Positions 43,984-54,770 of a stretch of DNA of 64,000 nt are shown here, in pieces. The notes below the pieces were generated by a model. That model did not search any database and had not been told where the DNA came from. It worked only from the letters and a program-made list of their open reading frames with translations. The DNA is taken from the NCBI GenBank assembly GCA_963845755.1, contig CAWJTV010000020.1, positions 160,001 through 224,000 of the forward strand, written 5' to 3'. The position numbers and the translations under genes are program-made. The first letter of the stretch is position 1, and each line of letters begins with the position of its first letter. Origin of the DNA: an uncultured Planctomycetota bacterium. Lineage in GTDB: Bacteria; Planctomycetota; Planctomycetia; Isosphaerales; Isosphaeraceae.

Positions 43984-45015
43984 TCACATTTCTGTAGTCT
44001 CGGCGAGGATATCGAGGAGGCGCTCCCACGCCGCCGGCTCGATCCGGAGGGCCTCGCGGGCGAAGGACCGCGCCAGTGCCTGCTCGGAGCCGTCGAGGTA
44101 TTCGACCGGGCTCTTGCCGTCCACCCGCGCCAGGCAGCAGGCCGCCGTGTGGCGATTGGCCCGGCGAACCAGTTCCGCCCCGGCGACGGTCCCGATGACA
44201 CGCCGATCGAGATAGGACGCCCAGAAGGATTCGATCAATGCGATAAAATCATCATAATTCAAAAAATCATTCGCTGAAGTGTGAATCGCCTTGAGGACGA
44301 GGTGACTCAGGAAAAAGCCGAGGTCGAATGCCGGGTCGCCGGCATGGGCGCATTCGAAGTCGAGCAGGATCAGGCCGCCGGCATGGACCAGGATGTTCTT
44401 GGGGCTGAAGTCACCCAGGACAAGCGTGGCCGCTCATCCTCGGGACGGTCCATGGCGGCGATCAGGCTATCGATGCGCGGGGCCAGGTCCGGGTGGCGCC
44501 GGGCGGTGGTTCGATAGTAGGGGTCAACTCGCAGCTCATCAAAAAGGCTCGTATCCGCCAGGATTCCCCGCAAGGCCGGATGATGCGGAGCCTCGGCATG
44601 AATCGTACCCAGGATCGTGCCCAGTCGGGCGGCGATGCCAGGATCGATCCGGCCGTCCATCAGGTGACTCTTCCAGGTGACGGAGTCTTCCGGCGCAGGT
44701 CATGGCGAAGAGATAATTCGGACGATCCTCGAACAACAGATCCGGAACGGTCCCCTCGGGCAGGATCGAGCGGAGCACGCCGAGCGTGGCGAACTCGGTC
44801 CAGATGCGGTCGAGCCGGGCGTGCCACTCCATGGCGACCCTCAGCCGCTCGCGACATTGCTTGATCACGATCGGCGGCTGGCCCGCGACGTCGACGCGCA
44901 GCACGATATTGGAGACGCCGCCGGCCAGCTCGCGGACGAGGATGTCGGCGCCTGGCGCGACGTGCCCGGAATCGCGGAGGTAATCGGCGGTGGTTGCGGC
45001 GTCGATTTCGCGCAT
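43984..45015 (-). CDS. APH / methylthioribose-kinase-like phosphotransferase; frameshifts near 44695 and 44425
   Basis: LAGGVSN, VIKQ, LRVDPYY, GDFSPKNIL, LLDFECAHAGDPAFD across three frames. Confidence 0.8.
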
Positions 45016-45023
45016 GGAATGGG

Positions 45024-45764
45024 CTATGGAGTCGGGTCTTGTGGATGTGCCAGAGGATTGGACCGCGCATCCAGCTTCGCGAGGAACGCGGCATGCTCAC
45101 GACTGGCCAGTCCGCGCTGGAGGGCGCCTTGAACCGTCGCTGAATCACCTCGAATCAATGCTGCGGGGTCGAGCCAGAGGCCAGGAAAGACCTTGCTTCG
45201 ATACAGGCCGTTCTCATCGAGCGGCAACTTCACGTATTTCCGCCGCTTTAGAACGAACCAGTCGATTTCGCGATCGCGCACACGCCAGACCACATACTCA
45301 CGCACGCCATTGCGGCGGTAAACCTCGAGCTTGGTGTGAAGGTCGAAGCTGACACTGCTCGACACCACTTCCGCGACCAATTCGGGCGCCCCTTCAATGT
45401 AGTCGTCGGGTGCGATCCTGGCCTGGCCACCCTTAGCCGGGTCGATCAAGAGTACAGCATCGGGTTGCGGTTCGTTTTTCACGTCCAGACGGGTGCTGCT
45501 ATTGTCGGCTCCGATCACTCCCGCCGTAGCTCCCTCATAAGTCCCTAGCCAGGTGATGAGGTGGAAATGTGGACGCCCATGTCGATTAAAGCATACAGGT
45601 GACGGCATGAGAACCTCCCCCTCGATCAATTCCGCTTTCTTCAGCTTGGGCATCGCGTCATACCGCCGCTCAAACTCGGCGCGACTGAGCTTGTCGCCCT
45701 GTTCCAGAGGAGGGATTTCCACCTTGTGAACCTTCTTCTGGGTTCGATGAATCACCGGGGCCAT
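45024..45764 (-). CDS. Uma2 (DUF820) family endonuclease
   Basis: KAELIEG, EPQPD, GAPELVAEV..S..DLHTKLEVY..GVREY, S.VFPGLWLD. Confidence 0.9.
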   Translation of the reverse strand: MAPVIHRTQKKVHKVEIPPLEQGDKLSRAEFERRYDAMPKLKKAELIEGEVLMPSPVCFNRHGRPHFHLITWLGTYEGATAGVIGADNSSTRLDVKNEPQPDAVLLIDPAKGGQARIAPDDYIEGAPELVAEVVSSSVSFDLHTKLEVYRRNGVREYVVWRVRDREIDWFVLKRRKYVKLPLDENGLYRSKVFPGLWLDPAALIRGDSATVQGALQRGLASREHAAFLAKLDARSNPLAHPQDPTP

Positions 45765-46248
45765 GATCGGGACTGCCTTCCGGTTCTGGGGCGGGTCTGG
45801 GGACTCGAACTTGGTGTGATTGCAAGGGACACGCGAATCCGTTTTCTGCGGCCTCGTTTTCCTCAGCATTGAACTTTACCCAGGTGTTTCCCGGCGGATC
45901 AAGCATTTTCGGTCCATCGCTCCGGCCGGCCTTGGTCGACAAGCGGTCTTGAGTGCCGCCTCATCATCCGAATCCATCAGATCGGAGCACGACCCCGGAT
46001 TGAACTTCGGTCTCATCTCTCTTATGGTGATGAATCCGGAACGGGAGTTTGATGACCTGATACGGTACGCCCGCGATAACCGATGAGTCGATCTGCCGCG
46101 GGGCGGCTCCCATCCTCATAGACCATTGGCACGAGTTCGGGCCAATTGGCCATCAACGTCTTGTTGGCGAATGGCTGGCATTCGGATCGGAACCATTCGG
46201 CCGGATTGTCTCAGGCGACCTCATCCAAATCCTCCTGGCGGGGAAACC

Positions 46249-47256
46249 ATGAATCCGATCGCCTGGGAACGACTCTTCGGCTTTCGCCAGGCATTCCACG
46301 AGCCGGCTGTCGTCGTGATTGTCGGTTTGCTGATCCTGCTGCTGGCCGTCACGCCGCTGGTCATCCTCTTGCTGGGTCGGACCGGATGGATCGAGTCAAC
46401 GTTGAAGGACGACCTCTGGCGGCGGTACATCTCCTGGCTGGTGATGGTGCCGATCATCGTGCTGCCGATCTTGCTGGGGGCGGCGTGGACGATCCTGGCG
46501 GTCACCGCGCTGAGCCTGGTCTGCTTCGGAGAGTTCGCCGCGGCGACCGGACAATTCCGCGATAAGATCCTGTGTTTCCTGGTGGCAGTCTGCATTCTGG
46601 CACTCGCCTTCGCCGTGGCCGATCACTGGTATCGCGTGTTCGTCGCACTGACGCCCATGAGCATCGTCGTGATCACGGCCGTCTCCACCTCGCTCGACCG
46701 GCCGAAGGGATACCTCCAGCGCGTGGCGCTGGCGATCTTCGGCTTCATCCTCTTCGGCACGTGTCTGGGCCACCTGGGATTCATGGCCAACGAGACCCAC
46801 TACCGCTCCCTGATCCTTCTCCTGGTCTTCTGCGTCCAGTTGAACGACGTGTTCGCGTATCTGGTGGGCAAGACGCTGGGCGGACCCAAGTTGGCTCCCC
46901 AGACCAGCCCCGAGAAGACGATGTCGGGCGCGCTGGGCGCGGTCTTGCTCACGACCCTGCTCGTCTACTGGCTGAGCGGATTTGTCTTCATGGAGGGCCA
47001 GCTCGCGGAGCCGGTGCAGCGGCTGGTCATGGGCTTGCTCGTCAGCATCGGCGGCCAGGTCGGCGACCTGACCGTCGCGGCGATCAAGCGCGACGTCGGC
47101 ATCGCGGACACGCGGAGGATCATCCCCGGCCACGGCGGCGTGCTGGATCGAGCCAACAGCTTGCTCCTCTCGGCACCGGCCATGTTCCACTTCATCAACC
47201 ATTTCCAGATCATCGGCGGGGATCAGCCGACCAACCTCTTCACCGGCGGGGGATGA
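46249..47256 (+). CDS. Phosphatidate cytidylyltransferase (CdsA/YnbB-like)
   Basis: NDVFAYLVGK, SPEKT, GDL...IKRDVGI.D..IPGHGGVLDR. Confidence 0.88.
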   Translation: MNPIAWERLFGFRQAFHEPAVVVIVGLLILLLAVTPLVILLLGRTGWIESTLKDDLWRRYISWLVMVPIIVLPILLGAAWTILAVTALSLVCFGEFAAATGQFRDKILCFLVAVCILALAFAVADHWYRVFVALTPMSIVVITAVSTSLDRPKGYLQRVALAIFGFILFGTCLGHLGFMANETHYRSLILLLVFCVQLNDVFAYLVGKTLGGPKLAPQTSPEKTMSGALGAVLLTTLLVYWLSGFVFMEGQLAEPVQRLVMGLLVSIGGQVGDLTVAAIKRDVGIADTRRIIPGHGGVLDRANSLLLSAPAMFHFINHFQIIGGDQPTNLFTGGG

Positions 47257-47259
47257 GCC

Positions 47260-47982
47260 ATGGAGTCCTGGAAGTACGACTCGGCGCGGGATATCGAGCT
47301 CGCGCCTGTCGAGCGGGCGAAAAGCCTGAGACGCGAGTCGGGGCTGTTCTCGACGGCCGGCCATCTGGCCTGGCGGCTGACCACCAGGACCTACTTCGCA
47401 ACCTACCATCGATTGTCCGTGGAGTCGGAACGATCGCTCCCCACCGAGCCGCCCTTCGTGATGATCGGCAACCACGCCAGCCATCTGGATGCGGTGTTGC
47501 TGGCGTCGGTGCTACCCTGTCGGTTGTGCGACCGCGTGTTTCCGGTCGCCGCGGGCGACGTCTTCTTCAACACGCCGGGCATGTCCCTGTTCGCCGCCAA
47601 CCTGCTCAACGCCCTGCCGATGTGGCGGAAGAATTGCGGATCGCATGCCCTCAAAGACCTGCGCAGGCGGCTCGTGGACGAGCCATGCGGCCTGATCCTC
47701 TTCCCGGAGGGGGCTCGGAGCCGGGATGGAGCGCTCCTGCCGTTCAAGGTCGGGCTGGGGATGCTCGTCGCCGGCACGTCCGTCCCCGTAATTCCCTGCT
47801 ACCTCGAAGGAGCCTTCCGTGCGTTCCCTCCGAACACACGATGGCCGCGCCCGCGGAAGATCCGGCTCCGGATCGGCTCGCCCCTCATATTTGATGCTGT
47901 CCCGAATGGCCGCGAGGGCTGGGAGCAGGTCACCTCGCAGACCCACGCGGCCGTGTGCCGACTCGGTGGGATTTGCACCTGA
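47260..47982 (+). CDS. Lysophospholipid acyltransferase (PlsC-like)
   Basis: NHASHLD and FPEGARS motifs. Confidence 0.88.
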   Translation: MESWKYDSARDIELAPVERAKSLRRESGLFSTAGHLAWRLTTRTYFATYHRLSVESERSLPTEPPFVMIGNHASHLDAVLLASVLPCRLCDRVFPVAAGDVFFNTPGMSLFAANLLNALPMWRKNCGSHALKDLRRRLVDEPCGLILFPEGARSRDGALLPFKVGLGMLVAGTSVPVIPCYLEGAFRAFPPNTRWPRPRKIRLRIGSPLIFDAVPNGREGWEQVTSQTHAAVCRLGGICT

Positions 47983-48055
47983 ACGGGGAGGTTGCCGCTA
48001 CGGCTTAAAGCGATTAACAGTTGGGTGGCACACACTCGAAGCCTGCTCCCGAAGA

Positions 48056-48150
48056 ACCCCCCGGAACCCCCCCTTCGCAAGGGGGGGATATTCATTGGGA
48101 AAAACCCGTTTCCTGTCCCCCCCCCTTGCGAAGGGGGGGTTCCGGGGGGT
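48056..48150. repeat. REP-like inverted doublet
   Basis: accccccggaacccccccttcgcaaggggggg (from 48056) and its reverse complement ending at 48150. Confidence 0.85.
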
Positions 48151-48196
48151 GAATTCGCGGAGCCACAGGGCGTGCGCAATGCAAGTGTAAAGCGCT

Positions 48197-49621
48197 CTAG
48201 ACCGACAATCCTCAATTGAGTGAGCATGAGCAAGGTGGCTTCTCCATCCTTGGTCGTTTGCCTCTTTTCACGCCACCTTCACCCGCAGCGGGCGACCGGT
48301 GTAGGTCCAGTGGAACGGCTTGGCAAACACCCGATTGAAATACGCGATGAAGTTCCACAGCTTGCTCTGCAGGTCGTCCACCGAACTGAACGAGCCGCGC
48401 CGAATCACCTTCCTCATGATTACTCCGAAGACCGTCTCGATCTGGTTCAGCCACGAACTGTGCTTCGGCGTGTACACGAACCGGATCCGGTGGCCCTTCT
48501 CCGACAGGAACGCTTGCCGGCTGGCCACCGACTTGAGGATCCCGCGCGCACGTTCTTCCTCCCCAACGGCTCCGCGATCCCGCACGCCTTGGCCACCAAC
48601 CGCACCAGCATCTCCGAGCCATGGATGTTCAAATTATCCACCACGAAGATCCACCCCGCCTCCGGGTCGGTCGCCACCGTGTGCGCGATGTGTTCGACGA
48701 AATCCAACTCCGTCCGCGTCGGGCCGATCGTGGGGGTGATCAACTCGCCGGTCGTCACGTCGAAGTTGCCGATCAGAGTCAGCGTCCCATGCCGCGTATA
48801 TTCGGCCTCGATCCGCTCGGGCCTCCCGTAGGTCATCGGCTGATCGGGGGCACTCCGCTCCAGCGCTTGCAACCCGGTCATCTCATCGGTGCTGACGGTG
48901 TGCGTCCCCTGGTCCCTCGCCAGGGCCGGCGCCTCCTGGTAGGTGTCACAGACCGCCTGGACCCGCCCCGCAAAGACCACCGGATCTTTCTCGCGGGTGT
49001 TGAGCCAATACCGCTTCTTGTGCGGCTGCAAGGCGGCCTCGCGGAGATAGCGACCCACTTGAGTGACCGAGATCGAGGGCACGATGCCGCGCTTGATGGC
49101 CTCGTCGGCCAACTCCTTGGCCGTCCAGTGAGTGATCGGCCGGCCGGACTTCTCCGGGGGCTCGCAGGCCAGTGCCAGGATCGCCACGACCTGCTCGGGA
49201 GTGAACTTGCCGGAGGAGCCGGCGCGGGGCTCATCGCGGAGGACCTGCTCGACGGCCCGGCGCAACGCGGCGTGGGTCTGGGTGCACTCGATGCGGATGA
49301 GCCGCTCCCAGGCATCGGCCCAACGTCGTCGCCAGGTGCTGACCTGCCGCCGCGACAGCCCGACTGCGGCGGCGATCTCCGCGTTGTCCCGCTTCTGGAA
49401 GGCCCAGAGGATGATGGCCGCACGCTGGCGGAGTTGAGACGAGGCGGTGGGGGCCTTGTGGATCGTCTCCAGGAGATCGTGTTGACGTTCGGTGATGGTG
49501 ACCTTGGCCGTCTTGCCCGGCATGGCGAGAGCCTCCCTGGTGGTTGCGAAGCTAGCGAATCCGGGTAATTCTAGCCGGGTCATCAAGCTGTTGGTGTCTC
49601 AATTGAGGATTGTCGGTCTAG
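48197..49621 (-). mobile_element. IS630 family insertion sequence
   Basis: Perfect 24-bp inverted ends ctagaccgacaatcctcaattgag (48197-48220) / ctcaattgaggattgtcggtctag (49598-49621), with TA inside CTAG at both ends; encloses a DDE transposase. Confidence 0.93.
48268..49523 (-). CDS. IS630 transposase (frameshift near 48560)
   Basis: HTH, DEPRAG, HWT; catalytic DEMTG, EYTRHGT, VDNLNIH, PKHSSWLNQIE. Confidence 0.9.
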
Positions 49622-49738
49622 CTGCCGGCGTATCAGGTCGGGATCGACGTGTCCGCCCATGATGTTGGTGAAGGTGCCGATGGTGCTGATGACCTTCCGG
49701 AACTGGTCGGGCCGGTGCCAGGCCACGGTGAAGGCGCA
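49622..49738 (-). pseudogene. Internal fragment of a putative esterase (enterochelin-esterase-like) abutting the IS
   Basis: [30 protein letters not shown] resembles the segment after the nucleophile in this family; both ends are missing. Confidence 0.55.
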
Positions 49739-49744
49739 TCGTTG

Positions 49745-52592
49745 TCGTGGCGGCATGAATCGGCTGGGGCGGTTAATTCTGGCTCTGAGCTTGAGTGAGA
49801 TCTTTCCGAGGTCCAGGGGTTCATCGCTGTGTCCACCCGGGATCGCGCCGACTTCGACGTCGCGCTCGATCCGTCCCCCGAGCCGGTTGCGCTGCAAAGG
49901 GTTCATCATCCCCGGGGTACTCGCGAGGCTCATGCTCAATCGGTAGGAACCCGGGACGACGTCTTCGATCCGGAACCGGCCGTCTGCTCCCACGTGAAAC
50001 AGGTGGAATCGCCGGGTTCGCATGTAGGCTCTCCCCGACTCGGTGTGGTACCACTTGATCTCGTAGGCTCGCTGCTTCTTCTGGTCCCAGGTCCGGAAGT
50101 CCGCGGGAATCGGCATCTGGGACGGCTTGCTCGAAAGCGAGCCTGTCGCGTTGGCAACATGGACACCCGTCATGAGATCACTGGCCTCGACCGCGTCGGG
50201 GACGGCCAGGACGAGCTGGCCAACCATCGGTCGGCCCGGACCGCCCAGGACGACGTGAACCGTCAGGCCCGGCCGCAAGTCGAACCGACGGACCGGCGCT
50301 CGATTGCGTCATCGTGGGACGCTGGCCGCTCAACCAGGTGAAATCGGCCTCTCCGTCCAGGATCCGATCGATCACGAATCGCCCCTGGTCGTCAGTCGTG
50401 GCCGAATAGGACTGGAAGCGATAGCGGCCCGGAAGGACCGAGCGATTGAGGTTGACGTCGATCTCTTGATGGACGCCCGGTTTGCCACGGATCCGGAACG
50501 TGCCCTCGATCCGCGCCCAGGGCTTGAGGGTCACATCGGGCGATTGCGCCATCTCCTCGCGCGTGCGATCGCCGAAGCCCTTGTCGTGCACGGCCAGGAT
50601 GCCGAAGGGCTCGTCCTGCGGCGGGAAGAGGTAGCGGCCATCGGGGCCGGTCTTGCGATGCCCGGGGTCAAGACGACTAGGGGCAGGAGGGGGGCCCGTC
50701 GAGCGGTTGTAGGTATATCCGTCGCCATCGATGTACACATCCGCATCGGCGGCGGGTGTTCCTTCGGGTAGACGGACCACGCCCGAGATACCTCGGGCCT
50801 TTTTCAGAGCAAAGTGGAGAACGACCTCACCCTCCGCCGGCTGGATGGGTCGCGAAATGGCCGGCGCGTAGCCTTCGGCCTCGATGCGAAGGTGATAGAC
50901 CATGCCCGGCTGGTCGATGGGGATCGGTATGATCTCATAGCGGCCCTCGCTCCCCTTCACCCCACGACGGCGCTGCCAGTTGATCTCCCGGTCGTCCGCG
51001 AATCTCGTGGCGGGAATCACCGTGAAGGCGGCGACCGGTTGATTCGACTCGGCATCGAGCACGGTGCCCCGGACCCGGCCCCGGGGGTTGATGGTCAAGT
51101 CGGCCCGACCCGCGGCTGCCGCGGCCGTGCGTCCGCGGGCGCGACTGTACCCGGGGTGCCCGAGATTGAACTCAATCTCGCCTTCATGCGGCGCATCCGG
51201 CCAGACGAACCTCCCCTCGGCGTCGGTCAAGGCCCTCCAATCGAGGGAATAGCACTCCTCCCATCGAGCGGAGACGGACACCCCGGCGACCGGCCGCCCC
51301 TGGTTGTCGACGACGCGGCCGTGGAATGGCCTGCCGGGCGAGAGGCGGAAGTCGACCGGTAGAATCTCGCCTTTCGGAACGACCATCCTCCACGATGGTG
51401 CGAACCCGGGAGCCACCACGCTGATGCTCCAACGGCCCAGACGGGAGTTGCGGTCGGGGTGGATGAGGACGAAGCGGCCGGCCGCATCCGTTGTCGCTTG
51501 CAATTGGTCACGACCGCTTGAAGAATACGCCAGGACGACCTTGGCGCCGGCGATCGGTTGCCCCTTACCATCGCGGACCCGGCCGGAGACATCGAGCCCC
51601 CTGGCCTTGGCTGGCTCCTCATCGCCGGCCTTCTGGGCTTGCCGCAGGCGTGCCGTTCTCGCGATGGACGGTGCCGCGTGATTCTCGATGGCGGATCGGG
51701 CGGCGCGAACGAGCCGGCCGGCCGCGAGCAAGCCGACACCCGCGAGGACGACGATCGTTACCAGAACTTTCACCTTTGACAACGCCATGGTGTGGATCAC
51801 TCCCTGGACGAGGGTGGCGACGGATGTCGAGATGAAACGGGTCGTTGACGGAGCCGCGCGTCCGGCGAGAACGGTCGCCATGCCGGCGCGTGTGGTGGTT
51901 TCGATGAGTGCCGATGACACGCTAAGACCGACTGAATCGGAGAGCAGGGGCGCTGTCGCGGGCAGGAGTGCGGGGGCAATCCCGCGCCGTTCGAGCCGAT
52001 CGCGGAGCTTTCGCCGGGCGCGTGCCAACCGGCCGCGGAGGGCCCCTTCGCTCCACCCCAGGAATCGGGCCGCGTCCTGCTGCGATCGCCCTTCCAGGTC
52101 GCAGAGCACCAGCGCGGAGCGGTGGGCCGAGGAGAGTCGCGCAATCTCTTCATCGAGGGCCGCGCGCAGCTCGGCCTGCACGGCCACTCGGTCGGGCGCA
52201 CGAACCTCGGGCTCGGATTCGGGACGCGAGCCGCCGTGCTCCAGGGCGCGGCGGCGAACGGCATCGGCCCGCGCACGCACGGCCACGCGATAGGCCACCC
52301 CGTGGAGCCAGGGACCCAGGCGATGGAAATCGCGCAACGAACGAGCCTTGCGGACCAGGATCAGAAACGTTGCCTGGAACGCGTCATCGACGTCGGCAGG
52401 GTTGTTGAGCAAGCGTCGACAGACGCCCAGCACCATCGGGCCGTGACGGTCAACCAGGGCCTCCAGCCCCGATTCATCGCGATCGGACACGAACCGCCCC
52501 AGGAGCTGGCGCTCGTCCAGGCCGGTCACGGTCCCACCCTGGAACAACCGGTCGATCTGCCTGAGAGTTGACCGATTCGGCTCGCTTGCCAT
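49745..52592 (-). CDS. ECF sigma-70 factor fused via a TM helix to carboxypeptidase-regulatory-like repeats; frameshift near 50275, C-terminus probably truncated
   Basis: [43 protein letters not shown] helix; repeated G.V.D..G.PIAGA / TDA.GRF. Confidence 0.85.
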
Positions 52593-52742
52593 ACGGCCTC
52601 CCGATTTGATGGAGGTTGTACTGTGCCTGTCCTATCTTAATGACTGCGCGAACCTCCGGAGACCGCACGATGATTCGAGGAAACCCGTCGGGAGGACTTT
52701 CCCATTGACCCCGAATCGACGCTTACCCTATGATTCGAGTAG

Positions 52743-52859
52743 ATGGCTGTTTGCCACGACTCGTTTCGGAGTGCCTCAGTGCGTAGCCTGACCGAGAACC
52801 TACGACTCAACTTTAGCCTCGGCCTCGGCCTAATCGACCGGGCGGGGAGGTACTCTTAG
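52743..52859 (+). CDS. Putative leucine-rich leader peptide (attenuator) of leuA, 38 aa
   Basis: MAVCHDSFRSASVRSLTENLRLNFSLGLGLIDRAGRYS*: six Leu codons in 15 codons, two of them CTA. Confidence 0.65.
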   Translation: MAVCHDSFRSASVRSLTENLRLNFSLGLGLIDRAGRYS

Positions 52860-52890
52860 GGTTCGTCGCGTCCGCACGAGAACGCAGCCA

Positions 52891-52944
52891 ACGAAGCCCC
52901 GAGACCCGCCCCGACCGGTGGATCTCGGGGCTTCGTGTGTTTTC
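52891..52944 (+). terminator. Attenuator terminator hairpin upstream of leuA
   Basis: acgaagccccgaga (52891-52904) / tctcggggcttcgt (52923-52936), followed by gtgtttt. Confidence 0.75.
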
Positions 52945-53003
52945 GGGCCTCGGTAGTTCCATCAGTCGGCCGGTCGGGCATCTGGGATCTTGACTTGAGT
53001 TTG

Positions 53004-53094
53004 GAATCCGGAATCTCGAATCCGGAATCCGGAATCTCGAATCCGGAATCTCGAATCCGGAATCTCGAATCCGGAATCCGGAATCTCGAATCCC
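53004..53094. repeat. Heptamer tandem array (GAATCCG / GAATCTC) x13 in the leuA leader
   Basis: Read directly; units are reverse complements of those at 34590-34659. Confidence 0.95.
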
Positions 53095-53137
53095 CCTACG
53101 ATTGCGGCCGAAGGCCGCGCCAGGAAAGAGCCGAACC

Positions 53138-54736
53138 ATGAGCACGTCCACGACACCGATCGGTCCCTCTGAGCCAAACCGGGTACGGATCTTCGACACG
53201 ACTCTGCGCGACGGCGAACAATCGCCGGGCGCCAGCATGAACATCGCCGAGAAGCTCGAGGTGGCCCGCGCGCTGGCCGGGCTGGGGGTCGATATCATCG
53301 AGGCCGGGTTCCCGATCGCCTCGGTCGGCGACTTCGAGGCGGTCCGGGCGATCGCCACCGAGGTGACCGGCTCGTCGGTCTGCGGCCTGGCGCGGTGCAA
53401 CGACCGCGACATCGACCGCGCCTGGGAGGCGATCCAGTATGCCCAGCAGCCGAGGATCCACGTCTTCCTGGCGACGTCGGCCATCCACCGCGAGCACAAG
53501 CTGCGGATGAGCAAGACCCAGATCATCGAGAAGGCGGTCGCCAGCGTGCGGCGGGCCAAGGCCTGTTGCCTGGACATCGAGTTCAGCCCCGAGGACGCCG
53601 CGCGCACCGAGCTCGATTTCCTCTGCGAGGTCGTCGGGGCCGCCATCGAGGCCGGCGCCACCACGGTGAACATCCCGGACACCGTCGGCTACGCCACCCC
53701 ACTCCAGTACGCGGCGGTCATCCGGACCCTGAGGGAGCGCGTGCCCAACATCGATCGGGCGATCATCAGCACCCACTGCCACGACGACCTTGGCATGGCG
53801 GTCGCCAACAGCCTGGCCGGCTGCGAGGCCGGCGCCCGGCAGGTGGAATGCACGATCAATGGCATCGGCGAACGCGCCGGCAATGCCGCGCTCGAAGAGG
53901 TCGTCATGGCGCTGAAGACCCGGTTCGACTATTTCGGCCTGGACACCCGCATCAAGACCGAGCGGCTCTATCCCATAAGCCGGATGCTCTCGACCATCAC
54001 CGGGATGACCGTCCAGCGCAACAAGGCGGTCGTGGGCCGAAACGCCTTCGCGCACGAATCGGGGATCCACCAGGACGGGATGCTCAAGGAGCGCTCGACT
54101 TACGAAATCATGCGGCCCGAAGACGTCGGCGTGCCGCGGACGGACCTCGTCCTGGGCAAGCACTCCGGACGACACGCCCTGCGCGAGCGAGTCGCCGAGA
54201 TGGGATATACCCTGACCGACGAACAGCTCGAAACCTTGTTCCACGACTTCAAGGCGCTGGCCGATAAGAAGAAGGAAGTCTATGACGAAGACCTGGTCGT
54301 CCTGATCGAGAAGAACCTGGAGGATGCCACGCCGCACTGGCAGCTCATCAGCTTGCACACGACGGCCGGGGTGGGCGTGCTGCCGTCGGCCACGATCGCC
54401 ATCCGCCGGCCCGACGGCGAGATTGTCCAGGACGCGGCCATCGGCGACGGACCGGTCAACGCGATCTTCAAGGCCGTCGAGCGGGTCACGGGCGTCCACG
54501 CCAACCTGCACGAGTTCGTCGTCCGGAGCGTGACCCAGGGGAAGGACGCGCAGGGCGAGGTGACCCTCGAGCTGGAAGTCGAGAGCGACGATCGGTCCTA
54601 CCGCGGTCGCGCCGCCTCGACCGACATCATCGAGGCGTCGGCCCAGGCGTACCTCAACGCCGTCAACGCGATCGCCACCCGCCGGGAACGCGGTCACGTC
54701 CGCGAGGTCGTCGGCCGGCCCGGGGCGGGGGCGTAG
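53138..54736 (+). CDS. leuA: 2-isopropylmalate synthase
   Basis: [55 protein letters not shown]; regulatory domain [13 protein letters not shown]. Confidence 0.97.
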   Translation: MSTSTTPIGPSEPNRVRIFDTTLRDGEQSPGASMNIAEKLEVARALAGLGVDIIEAGFPIASVGDFEAVRAIATEVTGSSVCGLARCNDRDIDRAWEAIQYAQQPRIHVFLATSAIHREHKLRMSKTQIIEKAVASVRRAKACCLDIEFSPEDAARTELDFLCEVVGAAIEAGATTVNIPDTVGYATPLQYAAVIRTLRERVPNIDRAIISTHCHDDLGMAVANSLAGCEAGARQVECTINGIGERAGNAALEEVVMALKTRFDYFGLDTRIKTERLYPISRMLSTITGMTVQRNKAVVGRNAFAHESGIHQDGMLKERSTYEIMRPEDVGVPRTDLVLGKHSGRHALRERVAEMGYTLTDEQLETLFHDFKALADKKKEVYDEDLVVLIEKNLEDATPHWQLISLHTTAGVGVLPSATIAIRRPDGEIVQDAAIGDGPVNAIFKAVERVTGVHANLHEFVVRSVTQGKDAQGEVTLELEVESDDRSYRGRAASTDIIEASAQAYLNAVNAIATRRERGHVREVVGRPGAGA

Positions 54737-54770
54737 TCGATCGGTTGATCGCCTGGAGTCTGGAACTCTC

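Noticed and set aside
44235..44280. AT-rich patch inside the kinase gene as an insertion
   Set aside because: It reads in frame (TSANDFLNYDDFIAL) with no repeats or target duplication; probably a variable loop.
48540..48580. Programmed ribosomal frameshift in the IS630 transposase
   Set aside because: The break is late in the DDE domain with no A-rich slippery run; more consistent with the window-wide indel errors.
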